A DNA stretch of 64,000 nucleotides. Origin: Sarea resinae (Eukaryota). Every line of letters starts with the position of its first letter. Position 1 is the stretch's first letter. The notes beneath the pieces are model-generated. The model was given only the letters and a program-made list of their open reading frames with translations. It ran no database searches and was not told where the DNA came from. A program made the position numbers and the translations under genes. Positions 50,115 through 64,000 of the stretch are shown here, in pieces. Where the stretch lies: positions 124,001-188,000 of the forward strand of contig JAPEUD010000015.1 of assembly GCA_026026165.1 (NCBI GenBank). The letters run 5' to 3'.

Positions 50115-51499
50115 TCTGGCGGTTCACGCGCCTAGGCATTGCTTCGTCATGACACTGCTTGTATTTATCCCGTTACAAAAGTTCGGCGCAGGGGACTACG
50201 AGCCCTTGGCCATGGAATCTGGGGAGCGAAGGTTAGCAGTGGTGGTCGTTGTTCGGGTGGTTGCTTTCTGACGAGTGTATTAGAGGGTCGGGCTGCGGAT
50301 CATGTTACGATAAAGTTCTTCCCCTCATTCTCGGCCATATCATTCTTCTGGCGTTCTGCCAGATGGATCCGGTCAGGATACGGTTGGCGGCTGGTTGGGG
50401 TGATGTGGTATTACCTGTAGATATTTACGATTAGGCTTGTTTCTCTCATCTTCAAGATTCTGGCGAGATAGTTTGTTGATGGTGGGTAGTGAGCGGTCTC
50501 GGTATATCCATCTCTTCAAGAGTGGTGAGGTCTGCCTTTGGGACAGGCACAAACACACACACACACACACACAAAGACTTTAATTCTACCGGACATAATA
50601 GATCAAGTTCACTAGATTAACTGTACTGAGCTTCAGGGCCGCTTCAAACTGCCGTATTGAATAATTTGTGATGTAACCCGGTCCACGGTCCCAGGAGGGA
50701 TTTGGGAGCCTGCCGTGGCCACTGACTGGCAGCACGGGTGGGAGCACCAAGATGATCGACCAGTCTATCACATGCCTGCCTCTGCCAAGCAGCCCCCTCC
50801 ATACTATGTAGAGATAGAGCTGTCTTCGCGGCTCTGATCTTTGCCTGTGCCACCTCTAAAGATAATGCGGGCTCCAGACATGCACGTCAAGACCTCACTG
50901 AGCGCTGGGTACAGAACTCTATTTGCCGAAAGCAGCATCCCCTCCAATCACTCGTCAATTCATGGATGACTGCTTTCTTTTGATACAGCAGCTGTGCTGA
51001 TTGCAAGAGATACTGCGTCAAGGCTTTGCCGGAGGAATGCGGTTATGATATATCTTCGCAATGTGGGGATGCTCTTCTCGCAACCGATTAGCATACATCA
51101 TCACAACGCCCTGCCTTTTCATGACTACGACGGAATAAAAGCGGCACACCCTCGGAGCTCAAGACCTACAAAGCCAGATCATCAAGCAGTGAAACGTCTA
51201 CGGCCGTTGCGGTGGGACCTCGATGGCGCATGGAGGGCGTTCAGTAGGTTTGTGGATGCAGACGGCTTCGCGGCGACAGTGTGGAGAGGTGAAGGAATGG
51301 ATGACAACTGACAACGGTAAGTTGGGTGGCACGACGCTGGCTCGACGCCGGCGACATCGTTGATGGTGTGGCTAATTAGAAGCGAACAGATACAATTCAG
51401 CTTTGAATCTGTCGAATCTCGAACAAAGAAATCACCTTGGCACCCTGCCCAGTGGTCGTCGGCATTGCATGATGATGCCGACTTAACGCCTGTAGTGGA

Positions 51500-54400
51500 C
51501 CAAAGTGGCTGGCCTACTTTACCTGCCGACGTAGGGGTTGCAGAGACTCGCGAAGACGGGTCCTAGGCCATCGTTGTGGTTATGTCTGTGCATAGCGATC
51601 AGGTGGAAGTCCTGCGCCAAATGGGTTTCAAAGAGAAATGGATGTTTTCTGGTAGCGTCAGCCTTGGTGTTCGGTGTCAAACAAACGTGCTCGACACCAC
51701 GCGCTAACCGAGCGCTCTCCACATCCCCAATCCCTATCTTTTTCCAGTCCCCACTTGATCTGGAGCAAGCGTAGAAGAAAGCTTCAACGCTACGCAACAG
51801 ATGCATCCAGCATACGATATGCTTCTTCTTTTATCCTGCGCTGCAATCGTGCAATGACTATAGCGGCACTACCAGAAGATGTGCATTGCGGACATGTGTG
51901 CCCTTAGCCCTAGCGACAGCAATGATGCTTTGGGAAAACGCTGCTCGGAAATTCACGGTCGATCTGGCGTGGTCTGCGGTCACCCCCGGATGGCCAAAAG
52001 CCACAACCAGGAAGAGGCGCCAAACAGCCAGTCAGAAGCTGGGGCGAGCTGGAATCCAATCTTGGGGTCCCCTCATGACTGACAGATTGCGGGGCCGGCT
52101 AGTCGCTTTTTTCCCTGCTCCAGGGATGAAGGACGCCATCGTTGAGTGGAAAAGGGAACATCTCTCAATCCAGGAACATTGGCTCTGATAGCTTCCTTTT
52201 CGAGGGGCAAAAGCTGTACCAGAAACCCCGAGAAGAACGTCTTAGCGGGGAAAATCCTGCCAGCACTTGCCTAAAGGGCAGTTGGAATTTCCGGATCAGC
52301 AGCTAAATTTCAAAGAATTTGATTGATGCTTGTAGTCCATCAGCAGGCCTTTCAAAATGGCATGATAAATCTGCGCCTAGAATTCAGAGGCATTGCTCGA
52401 AGGCTCATATATTCCTGGCGCCTGGCAGACTAACTGGCCAATGCCGTTACTCTAGAAGTGTCATACGATCTCCTATTTCTGTCGGGACCCACCGCGCTTC
52501 AGGCTTTTGTGGCTGTGATTTTTGAAGCCATGACTACTGAAATTCATATCTTCAAGATTTCAGGAGTGGCGTTCATTGTGCAGCAAGTGTCAATAAACAA
52601 TCTCCATCAGGGTCGGATACTGCACCAGCCAATAGCCCAGGGAGAAAAAGATTTACGGATTACACCAGCAATGCCGATGAGGCCCCGAAAAGACTGATCA
52701 CGAACGCGATATCTGAAACGTGGGTATACTCTTCGTTGACACCATGGGCAGATATAGAAAGTGTTCCTTGTAGAAGTGATGACAGAGGATGCCAGCTATT
52801 GGTTGGGTTACCCTTCCAAGCACATCCGTCAACCAGGTCGAAGGGAAGATTTGGAGTAAGCAAAGTGGGAGCCATGATGGCATCAGGCTGCCGCCCACAC
52901 GGCCTGGCAACAGACAAGGCAGAACCCAGACAGGTTCGGAGATTGAGTTTGGCGTCTGCTTCAATAACATCTGAAGCTTCGATGCAAGGATACCCTCACG
53001 AATTGCACCTTGAGTTGACGCCGATAGGGCGCCTGATTGAGACTGGAGCACAGAAGCTTGGAAATCGGGCGAGCAAGACTGCCGACACACTCCTGCGTCA
53101 CCACAATCCTTACCTTGTGCCAACAGGTGGTCTTTCATGGTTTGGGGTCCACCTGAACCGCGGCGTCCTTCTCGGCTGCAAGGGAAGTCCTGAGGGCTCC
53201 CGCGGGCATGGACTCGGTCTAGCCCAGGCTTCTTCTAGCTGGTGCGACCATAGCAGAGGGGATGAATGGATGCTTGGACGTGAGAGGGCGTTCGCCCAAC
53301 CAATGATCCATGAGCGTGATCACCAGTGGGGTATCTCCAGACGATGCGATATAGTGCGGCGTCTGTTCAAGGTCAGATGGAGTGCGGAGAAGGCGATTCA
53401 TTGTGCGGATTCAATCTGAGATGGTCTAGATGGAAGCTAAGCTCTTGTTCTCCAGATCTCCGAGTAGTGCACTCCGCAGTATTTCATAGAGCATTTTGTC
53501 GGCCTGACCAAGAACACCTCAAGAAGGACCTGAGGAAGAAAGGAAGCGGGCCGGAATTGCTGCTTAACGGCCCAGTACTTGAATTAACGAGGTGCGGTAC
53601 CTTTCTTGCTGAGGGTGTGGCCGCGCCGAACGAGGTCACTCCGGACTAGGGTCAAAGTCCGTCGCTAAACTAGAGCGACGGCGAAGCTTTCTTCCGGGGT
53701 CCAAGTCTTCCAGTGTTCCTACGTCTCCGCTTGAGTCAGATCCAGATGGCAGGGCGGAGAAGGAAGACCAAAGATGTTTACTTGTCGCGCTCGCGGCTCC
53801 TTGGATGGGTGGGGCTCCGGGAATGCGCCATGGAGAAAGATCATGACGACGATGAGGAGAGTGCTGGCGCGAAAGCGGATTCAATCTTGGTTCTCGCATC
53901 GCTTCTTGCGGTGCCAGGGCCTGGAGGAATGAGATGCGACCAGGCACCAACTGTTGCCACTCTTTGCCCTGGCGGGCTATCAGGAATCGGCCAGAGCCTT
54001 GCACGGCTGTGATTGAAAGCAGACGTCGGCCTTTCTCCATCTCCGTCTCCGTCCCCCGTCCGTGCTGATCCAGAGCTGGAGATGGCATTCTTACGGGTGA
54101 AGACAACAACAAAGAGAGGAATGTCGATCACATGAGGGCCAAACCCGGCCGCTTTCGGTAAAGTGTGCCCCGGATCGATGTTAGCGTTAGCGCATCCGTT
54201 TACTTGATGTGGCCACCACAACAAAGCCTGGAACGCCTCTGGAGCCCTGACGACCTACTGACTCGGCTGCCGTCCAAAGATCATCGTTCGTGGTCACCAC
54301 AATCACAATCGCAAGCATCCAAAGAGGAACGAAAAGGAGACCGGGATTTCATTGACCCCATGATCTGATCCCTCAGGACGTGACGACTGACCAATAATAT

Positions 54401-54651
54401 CGAGGAAGTCAAATGCAATGCCATAAGTAACCTGCGCGCATATGCCGAGTTCTGGTTGCACCCGACCCTGATGCGGCTGATTGGATGCATCACATATCTG
54501 CGTCGCCTTTGACCTTGCACAGATCGAGCTCGTTGCGCCGAGGTCTCAATTTCTTCGTACGTCTCAGCTGTGCGACAACCGTTCAACCGTTCTGCTGCCA
54601 GCCAAAATCGCCGATACGGGTGCCGAAGCCCTGCGGTCGTTTTGAAGCCAT
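51500..54651 (-). pseudogene. Decayed Zn(II)2Cys6 transcription factor (3' end approximate)
   Basis: At 54537-54458 the minus strand reads R-N-E-L-D-L-C-K-V-K-G-D-A-D-M-*-C-I-Q-(1-nt deletion)-S-R-I-R-V-G-C, which keeps the C-x2-C-x6-C-x5-C-x2-C-x6-C spacing. A downstream fragment ILCHHFYKEHFLYLPMVS (about 52740-52790) resembles the start of the fungal TF middle-homology domain. Many stops and frameshifts. Confidence 0.55.
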
Positions 54652-55392
54652 TGCTGCAGCCGTGGCATCCGGTGTTCTGGACAGGGGCGGTTAGAGTAGT
54701 GCTTACTGCGGTAGATCTCTCAACCGGGTAGACCTTGAACCTCTAAGACTCTACTCCGCAATCAACAGTTCGACCTAGTCCCCAGACGCGGGGATGTGGC
54801 AGGGCCAAATCCGACCAGGAGTAAGCTATTTACCAGGCGCTAATGTTAAGCCGAACGATGGCGGGACTCGACCACTGTTGTCCTGCAGAGTAAACCTTCC
54901 GTCTACTATGCTGCAGCTTCATTGCCTACTTTTCACGGACTGAGGTCTGTAAGGCTCTGACAAGCGCCATCATTCGTAGTAGCACGCGCTATTGTGCCGC
55001 ACGAACGATGGTCTTGATGATGATGCTTAGAAGGGGAAAAGCTAATGGACCATGGCCGGTGGCCGGTGGCGGGGCCCGAGGAATGCGGTACGCTTTGTAC
55101 CACATGGCTCTTGTTTCACCGCTTTGGACGCAAAGGGTAGAGGCAGAATAGCACGTAGAGATCCACGATGAGCCAGATGCGGAGTCAGGCCCATCTCCCG
55201 TATGTGACCATTAGCCCGGGAGCGGACCTCTATGCTCTTCTTATATATAGCCCTAGCTTTTCCCCGGTCCACATCCCCGGATTCTCCATGTGCTCGCTCT
55301 TTACTTAAAGAAGCCCCCTCCTCATCATTGTTCTTCGAATTTGGTTCAGACGTTCCGGACATTCAATTGTTTTACCTTTGAAATCATTCAAG

Positions 55393-57599
55393 ATGGGCGT
55401 AACAATGGACGACTTCTCTGAGAAGCCGATGGTAGAGCAAGTGCAAATGTATGTGTCTGTCTCTAGAACTATGTTTTATAGTAGCTAACCACCCATTAGC
55501 GCGGACCATTATGGCACCGAAGCACAGCAACACGTCAATCTCAACAGTAATGTTGGCGCAAGGTCAGTACTGGACTTTTTCGGCCCAACATGGAGTAGCG
55601 ACTAAATCGTGACAGAATCCAAAACCCTCTTGCGGGCATCCCCCGAGATACTCTCATGGCCCAGGTCGATGAATTTGCCCGGGAGAATGACATGACCGAT
55701 ATCCAGGATCTTCTGCGAAAGGGCGCCCTCATCGCTCAAGACCCACCTGCATTCGAGACTCTCGAAGAACTTGACGACGAGGAGCGATTGGTCTTGAGAG
55801 AAGAGGTTACGCACAAGTGGCGCCAGCCAACCGCTCTTTATTTCACTGTCATCTTGTGCTCTATCGGTGCTGCCGTGCAGTGAGTTCATCCCATTCGATA
55901 TATGTCTGACAGAATCTAACGCATCTCCTTAAGGGGTTGGGATCAAACTGGCTCCAACGGCGCCAACCTGTCATTCCCGGACGACTTTGGCATTGGGGCC
56001 ACCGGCAACTCCGCAAAAGGCAAGAGGGACACCTGGCTCGTCGGTCTAGTCAACTCGGCTCCGTACATTGCCTCTGCATTCTGGTATGTGTCTTTATCAT
56101 TGCCAAGTCAATCCCGACTTTCGTTGACCTTTCTCTAGTGGTTGCTGGCTCTCTGACCCCCTGAACTATTATATTGGCCGCCGTGGCACCATCTTCTTTG
56201 CCGCCATATTCTGTCTGCTCTCTGTGATTGGTTCTGGTTTCACACAGAGCTGGCCTCAGCTTTTCGTCACTCGTCTTCTTCTCGGTATCGGTATGGGTGC
56301 CAAGGCTTCCACGGTGCCTATCTACGCCGCAGAGAATAGCCCCGCCGCCATCCGTGGTGGTCTTGTCATGAGTTGGCAGATGTGGACCGCTTTCGGTATC
56401 TTCTTGGGATTCTGTGCCAATCTCGCCGTCTCCAACGTTGGAAAGATTGCATGGCGTCTTCAATTCGGATCCGCCTTCATTCCGGCCGTTCCTCTGGTTC
56501 TGGGTATCTGGTTCTGCCCTGGTAAGTCTCTTTAGTCATCTAAGATAGCCAATTCTTACTTGTTTGCAGAATCTCCACGTTGGTACATTAAGAAGAATCG
56601 CTACGCAGACGCATTCAAATCTCTCTGCCGTCTCCGCCGGAACAAGGTCCAAGCTGCCCGCGATCTTTACTACATCCACGCGCAAATCATCGAGGAGTCT
56701 TCCATCATTGGCGACAGCAATTATATCACGCGCTTCATCGAGCTCTTCACCATTCCCCGTGTTCGTCGTGCCACCCTCGCCTCAGGTATTGTCATGCTTG
56801 CGCAGCAGATGTGCGGCAGTAAGTTATTTCCCAACATCTCACCAGTCTCTTTGGAACATCACTGATATACTTTGCAGTCAACATCATTGCTTTCTACTCA
56901 TCGACTGTTTTTGTCAATGCTGGCGCCAGCCGCTTTCATGCGCTACTCGCTTCATGGGGATTCGGCCTCGTCAACTTTGTGTTCGCCTGGCCCGCTATCC
57001 GCACAATCGATACGTATGGCCGCCGCACGCTGCTTCTCTTCACCTTCCCCCAAATGGCCTGGACACTGCTCGGTGCCGGTTTCTCCTTCTGGATTCCGAC
57101 ATCGTCTAATGCGCATTTGGGAATGATCGCCTTCTTCATCTTCCTCTTTGCCGCCTTCTACTCCCCCGGTGAAGGCCCCGTTCCCTTCACCTACTCCGCC
57201 GAGGTCTTCCCCCTCTCCCACAGAGAGGTCGGCATGTCTTGGGCCGTCGCCACCTGTCTCTTCTGGGCCGCTGTGCTGTCCATGACCTTCCCACGCATGC
57301 TCGCCGCCTTCACCCCTCAAGGTGCCTTCGGCTTCTACGCCGCCCTTAACGTCATTGCGCTCATCCTCATCTTCCTCTTCGTGCCCGAGACCAAGCAGCG
57401 CACGCTCGAGGAGCTGGACTACGTCTTTGCTGTCCCGACGCGCACGCACGCCCGCTATCAGGTCACCAAGGCCCTGCCGTACTGGTTCAAGCGATGGGTG
57501 CTGTTCCGGAAGACTGCTAGGCTCGAGCCGCTGTATCATTTCGATGCGCCTGTTGCTAGCGATCAGAAGAGGGCTGTCAAGCGCGATGATTCGTCTTGA
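55393..57599 (+). CDS. MFS sugar-porter family transporter (polyol/pentitol or inositol-type)
   Basis: IQNPLAGIP..., [40 protein letters not shown]...[97 protein letters not shown]. Six short introns. Confidence 0.95.
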
Positions 57600-57989
57600 T
57601 TTTGTTCGGCTGATTGATTGATTAGGGGCAGGATGAAGCGGGTGGAGTTTCTCATTCGGGTATTTACTATGCTTTTCTCGTTGGGTTTGCCTATTGCTTG
57701 GATTCGCGCTTTCTGGCATGCGAGGGGGGATATTTGTCTTTTTGCGCGACGCTTCGATGCTTTGGTGGTTTTGAAGCAAACTGACGAAACGATATCCCAA
57801 GGACCTTATCTATCTATCTATCTATCTACCTATCTAGTCCATGTATCCATCTACTTCACAACGATTCATTGATCTGATATCGCTGGCCAATATTGTCCCT
57901 TCCATGCGCTCATTCCCGTTCCGATTCCCCATTCACCTCTCCCAAGACCCTTCTGAATACCCCCTCTCCCCTCCCCTCCCCTAATCCCC

Positions 57990-58900
57990 CCATTCACCTC
58001 TCTTTCTCTCTCTCCTGACCCTCCTAATAAGATGACTCATACACATTCACAGGCCTATCAACCAGTATCTATCCTCTTCTTTCTATTCTGCACACTATTT
58101 CTCTTCCTTGTCTCTGCTCCTCTTCTTCTTACTATCTCGCCTTGTTTTCTATCTCTCTCCTAACTCCTCCTCACTAAGGACAGGCTCAATTACAACATCC
58201 TCTCCTCTTCTCTCTTCTTCTCTTCTTCTCTTATAGATGACAAAGGTTAATATTCTTCAGAGACTACAGATGTTAGTCTATCCTCCTATACTCTGTGTCT
58301 TGATCAGACTGTCTAGGTGTCGTCCTAGGCTCTTAGATCCTAAGATTCTTTACACTCTACACTTATCTAATTCCTTATATAGGATAGAAGTCTTCTGTCT
58401 ATACAAAGCAAGACTAATCTACTCTTCTCTCCTCTATCTATCTATCTAATATCCTACACGTCTAGAAACTAAAGCAAGGGAAAAATTCTCTTAACTTTCT
58501 CGCTAAAAAAGATCTAATATAACTAAAAGTAAAAGGATTATAGCTCTCTTACCTTGTATGACTCTGCCTTATCTTCTTATTCTTTTATGTATAGGTAGGT
58601 ACATAAGGAAAAGAGGAAAGAGTGTCTATAGAATGTTGATATAGTTCTTAGAGAAGAAAAGGAACAGAAAAACTTGAAAGCAGATTGAAATCACAACCCA
58701 GGAAGACGGACGATTTGTATCCCGAGGTTTATTAACAGCTTGTAGGAGGGGCTTTTACATGTCTTTAAGAAAGAGGAGTATTCATAATGATTTATAAAGA
58801 AGAGGAGAGATTAGAGATGTTCTAGACGAGACACTACCTTATATACTACTAGTAGGAACAGGGCGCAAGGTCAGAGAAGAGTAGGAGGATAGAGCGAGTG
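57990..58900. repeat. AT-rich RIP-like degraded segment
   Basis: TpA-rich and GC-poor, with stop-riddled reading frames. Origin not identifiable. Confidence 0.55.
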
Positions 58901-60193
58901 GTAAGAATATTGCTGTCCTGACGGTAGAGATTGTTCGGCATTCCAGCTGTTTCTCTAGGGGGAAAACAAAGAGGAAAAAGATAGGAATAGGCGGAGTTGT
59001 CCAAGGAAATGGTTTTCGTTTTCGTTTTCGTTTTCCCTCCGTTTTCCCTCCCTCCTCCGTTTCCCAGGATCCAAAAAAAAACTACTCATCTCCACCAGGA
59101 AAAACCTCTCAACCAGTCTGCACTACGCCGTGCCGCGCCGTGCCCACTCACCATCGTCCCTGCCCGCCACACAAGTGGTCCTGCTTGCTTTTCCTCCTCC
59201 CTGACAAAGTAGCTCGATGAAGAGCAGTCGGGAGTGAAGCCCCGACTCGGGCTCGTGTGTGTGTATATACATATAACCCATCCGAGCCGATCCACAGCAT
59301 CAAAGATCACTGGAAAGCCATTGCAAGCGCCCGGGGATTCATGTCGTCCTTTCCTCGAAGGAAGGATATGCGAACACGCCCCCGGAAAAACATGGGAAAG
59401 AAGAAGAAAAAGCTCTATACGGGGAAGGGGTATGGGCTCTGCTGCGGGTTGGTCAGGGCCGGTCTGGCGACAATTGTCTAGCTATTGCCTACACGTCATT
59501 AGATCCTCACGCAGTTATGATCCCGACTTTCCCCAGTCGACTGGACTAGACCAGAGGATGGTTGATAGGGCGAGAACATATCTGAGAAGATAAGCTAATT
59601 ACATGCCTGTCTGGCTCTGCGAATTGAAAAGGGTCTGACTGGCAACCACTGCCAAGAACCACGTCGGGCTACGCCAGCTTGGCTGGCACCGTGTTCCAAA
59701 AATTTAAAGGGCCTTTCTGGCAGGTCTAGAGTCTACTTATGCGCTTCGAAGGATTTGTTCACGGGCAGAGCGAGATGAAACGTCAAACTTCAATACATAG
59801 CCGAACAGAAAGATGTCCCTAAGGAGCTGCTCCCTTTGAGGGTCTAGTTCGACAATAAGTACAGAAGCAGAAGCAGGTGTGTCAACTATCCTCGTCTGCT
59901 CAAAAGACGTCATCTGAATCCCTGTCGTGGATACCTGTCTGGATTTACCGCCAGGGGCGGGACAGACGAAACGTCACCGAGTTCACGCCAAATCCGGCAT
60001 CGTGGATTGCGAGCTGATGTGGAGAGACCAGGTAATAATAATGGCAGCAATGCTACGAGGCAAAACGGCTCAGTCGTCGAACGTACCCTTCGGGGATCCT
60101 TGGACGATCCCAGTGCTAAACTTGAGTCTTCGGATTCTCGCGACGGGAGGTTCTTCAATGCTAAAACCTGAGAGAAAATGGGAAGGAATAAAG

Positions 60194-60655
60194 CGTGACA
60201 ATCCTCTAGGTGAGGGGGAAGATTGTATAGAGGAAGCTCTTACTACTTATTATTCGTTCTGGATCCGCGTATACCCCTATCGAGGCACTGTGTATACAAT
60301 CAAATCACAATTGGATCACGAGCTAAGATCTGCTTATCCTTACTGCCTTCTAAGATAAGTTTGGATTCCTTCTCTGTACACTATAAGTCGGATAAGAATT
60401 TCAAGCTTGTACTGTCAGAAGCAACAAAACGAGTACGTTCAAGATGGGGGTAAATAAGGCTAAGATGACATAGCCGGTTCCAACATGGTCGCCCCCGTCG
60501 ACAGGGCTCGGAGCAGCGGAGTAATCCAAGATGCTGATTTCGAAGCTTCTAAGCTTCTAAGAGTCGAGAAATATTCCGGTTTGTGGAAACTTCTCGTGAG
60601 GATACACCAAGGCTACGGTATCCTACCTCTAAAAAGCAGTAATTGAGCTCTCACA
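60194..60655. mobile_element. Possible solo-LTR remnant
   Basis: About 460 nt bounded by imperfect inverted ends (cgtgaca ... tctcaca; TG..CA expected, left end mismatched). TpA-rich interior. Flanking 5-mers taaag/tgatg are not a clean target-site duplication. Confidence 0.25.
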
Positions 60656-63600
60656 TGATGACGACTATGGCGCCAATGTGGCCGAAAGAGGCACACCAAT
60701 CTGGAAGAAGGAGTCAGGGAATTAAGCATAGCTAGCGATCAGTCAGATTGGAGCTTAGAGATTGACCTGAAAGACGCCTATTGAGTCGATGGCAAGATGA
60801 CAGAGATCAACCTCTCTGTTTGAATAGACATCTACACGGCTAAACGCAAACGAAGTTTGGATAGACGCAATTTTTGATGCAATGCGCTACTGGTATTGGA
60901 GACCAGGCTCATAAGTAAAAACACAGAAAAGGAGAAGCTAAAACAACTGCTGTTGCCGCCATTCCAGCCAAAATCATGCGAATGTCACAGACCCTCTAAG
61001 TCGTTGTTTCTAGAGACGCAGAAACGATATTATAGCAGGAAAAGAAAGACGTCCTCTACTCTCCAGGAGTTCAAAAGCCGCACCGAATCGCTCATCGGAC
61101 TAAGCGTAAAAAGGGAGGCAATCGCCAACTCGGTTTCTCGAAGATACTTTTCTGTCCGATGGAAGATTGCCACTCCAAGGGGCTGCAACTGATATACGAC
61201 CGGAGTCTTCACGCGGGTTTCCCCCGTGTCAGCAACCATACACTGCAGCTCCGAGACCGGCAATCTTACTATTGCGTTCGAACAATCTTGATATTACTCC
61301 GACGGCTACCATAGAAAGGCCGTTGCGAAATTCCTATTCCATCCACAAACTTCATCATGGGAGTCAGGATGTTGAGCATGCTCCAGCTTTATATATACAG
61401 CGCTTCCTAAAGACGACATAATGAAAATAAAACGCATACTCTTTTCACACACGATTATGACTTCGTTTACGTTTATCGTCGCGTTGGATGTATCTATAAT
61501 CACTAAAACGATAAGATCACTATCCGTGGTCACGATGGGATCGATCGTGAAGTAGGCGGACGCGCCGTGACGACGGAAAGAATAGACCTCCTCATAGACC
61601 CTGTTGACACCACTAAGTACGTCCTACCTGGAACAGGGCTCACGCAAGACGAAGCCTTGGCCGACGAGGAGGTGGAACGCCTCATTGATGAGATTGACAA
61701 CCACGACTATATGGTTGATCACCAGGGAAAAGCTCTCCGCTGATGGCGAAACAGGCATCACATCAGCGGAGAACACAGCCTGTCGCGCCGAACGCAAGGA
61801 TCCCACCAGCAATGCAGATGAGAGAGCATCACTCTGGCAAATGCTACTCGTCCTGATGTGGACATGGGTTGGTCAGCTGGCCTAGTGCCTCGGATACAAG
61901 CTCTTTACAAACCTTGTTCATTCGATTCTTCTTCCCAATCTTCGTCGTGAGCTCGTACTTTCGCTGGCTGTTCGAATGCCACGTCCCAGCTTCGCCTATC
62001 TCGTCATCCTGCTCTTGCTGGCCCTTGCCGTAGGCTGGTTCCTGCTATGTGGGCCAGTCAGCTAGTTTGATGCTTGCCATTCTTCTGTTCATTTCACATC
62101 TAAAATATAATATAATGCATCCACAAGATGACAAATGGGGAAGGAGCGAATCCATCAGCTGCCCTTTTCAAGCATTGCGCCATTCTCATCAGCAACTGCT
62201 GCACTGGGCGAAATCATACAAGTGCACACGGCAGCGTTTGAGGGGCGCACGAGAGCGCTCAAAGAGAACACGAAAGAGCATGCCGCCCAAAGACTTGCGA
62301 CCCAAACGCCAGGGGCCAGAACATCTGCCGCCAAAGGAAAAAGTCGATGAGGCATTTAGAAATATGGAAAGTGGGCAATGTTCAATTAATATACAACATT
62401 GATACGAAGAACTAACAAATCACAGAATTACATCTCTACCGCGGCTCTGGGATCAAGCCAGGTATATTAGAAGGGCATTTTAGGCTCGATCACCCAAGCC
62501 GCAAAGATGTCAGAGGAGTTGCGGGCGTGGAGAGTTGGAATAGACCTCAGAGACTAAAACATCAATAGTAATAGCTATAGTAGCACGTCAGCACTGGTCC
62601 GGATGAGAGATAGAGATACAGAGCATAATTGAGGGGAAGTTCCAAAAAAAAAGGTTCAACTACATTGTCAAAGTCTACAAAAAGCTCAGACCACTCTTTT
62701 CGAGTGGTCCTACGAAAACTCCAACGTAATATTTGGGGAATTTATCTCATCAGATATTCTCTGGTAGCGAAAGGTTGCCTTCTTTTACTAAGACATTATG
62801 GTTATGTGAAAGCATACTCCTCCTGCCGGGGTTCGAACGCGGGATGTTTTTCGTTTTCGAACTCTCTTACGCAGGCAGATAGCACCGAGTTACCTTTGCA
62901 CCAACATGACCTTTCTAGTTGGAAGGATAGGCTGTATTGTTGCTTATATGGCTGATCGCGTGGGTATTCACTATAGGCAGAGGATTCCCGCACCTGTACA
63001 GATCATCGAAATGTCTGAGCTCTCGGTGTGAATGGGTTGGCAAATCGATCATTCACTTTGAATACGATTCGCTCTTGTCGCTGGCCCACTCTCTCGTATC
63101 GATCGTACATACGTTCTGCCTCTCAAAGCAATATTGCTGATCATCTAACCTCAACTCCACCATGATCACGATACGGAGATTTAACTCAAAGGAAGATGTC
63201 TATCTAATTCAAAGAAGCAGACAGTTTCTAGGAACAGTACCAGACAAATCATACACGACTAGTGATGATGCTATCAAGATAGAGCATGGAAACGTACAGC
63301 GGCAAGAGGCAACGTCAACCAGTTTCTCGACAAAAGATTCTACAAGACCTCGCTGTGAAAAGAACGGCAAACAGTTCGATTTGTGATACGCAACTTATGT
63401 CTTACTTATAGCTATTCCCTAGTAGAGAATACACAAGGGGCGACTGATGAAGGCGCTTTACAAGTATAGTGCCTCTGACATTCGAAAACACTACATCTAT
63501 TATGAGTACATCTAACTACAGGACGAACGGACGAACATCACTTAAAAATAGGTTGTCAAAAGAGCAGAATGCTTTGAATATAAGATAGTGTACCACCAGG

Positions 63601-64000
63601 CTCACTTTGGCCTCGAGAATCAGTGAAACAATATTCAGCTCTAGCGCGAATATCAGCCCTGACGTAATCTAGACGTCTTTATAAGTCTTAGATTTGAAAA
63701 CCCTTAGATTGAGCTCACCTTATAACTCTCACTTCACAGCGAGGCTTTACAACGATATCATAAGAACCTATAGATTCTAGGAGACATAGAGTTCCTGACC
63801 AGGAATTAGCCTATAGGTCACGAATCCGAACCGAAATTACCACTCTTGACGATTAAAACAAGCCACGCGTGGCCTCCCCCGTGAAGCGGGTAGAGAGATC
63901 GAAGAAGAACGCGGCAAAGGTTCAGGAGGCCGAGGATTTTCCCCCCCTTTTCGAGCGTCGCCACACAAGTGAGACAGGTAGGGCATATATCGCTCCTCTA

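Noticed and set aside
62815..62910. tRNA-like A-box and B-box (TGGTGCAAAGGT ... GTTCGAACC) on the minus strand
   Set aside because: The acceptor stem does not pair, the T-stem has a mismatch and there is no clear anticodon arm. At most a degenerate remnant; tRNAscan-SE would settle it.
1..64000. CRISPR arrays, rRNA genes, telomere repeats, intact transposons
   Set aside because: None seen. The short repeats are microsatellites and no transposase or reverse transcriptase ORF is present.

Overview
Eukaryotic DNA from a filamentous ascomycete (Pezizomycotina). Evidence: short GT-AG introns with CTRAY branch points, many microsatellites, and AT-rich patches with a RIP-like signature. I can support 18 intact protein-coding genes, almost all intron-containing: SEY1 (partial, runs off the left edge), a class-3 lipase, an AA9 LPMO, a divergent ubiquitin-specific protease, TRM9, a Myb transcription factor, tubulin cofactor B (ALP11), CENP-C (MIF2), RNase H2A (RNH201), PEX16, a LaeA-like methyltransferase, an APC-family (TPO5/GABA-type) permease, a stand-alone TPR protein, a fructosamine kinase, ERG4, the RING E3 MAG2/RNF10, UBP3/USP10 and a sugar-porter MFS transporter. 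There is also a decayed Zn2Cys6 transcription factor pseudogene and several degraded repeat regions. Best leads: (1) MAG2 and UBP3, the writer and eraser of 40S ribosomal ubiquitylation in other eukaryotes, sit head-to-head; (2) the CENP-C gene has a 937-nt structured intron with an in-frame alternative acceptor; (3) the Myb gene probably starts at GUG; (4) a short uORF precedes the polyamine/GABA-type permease. Gene identities come from motif recognition, not database searches. Exon boundaries were read by eye.
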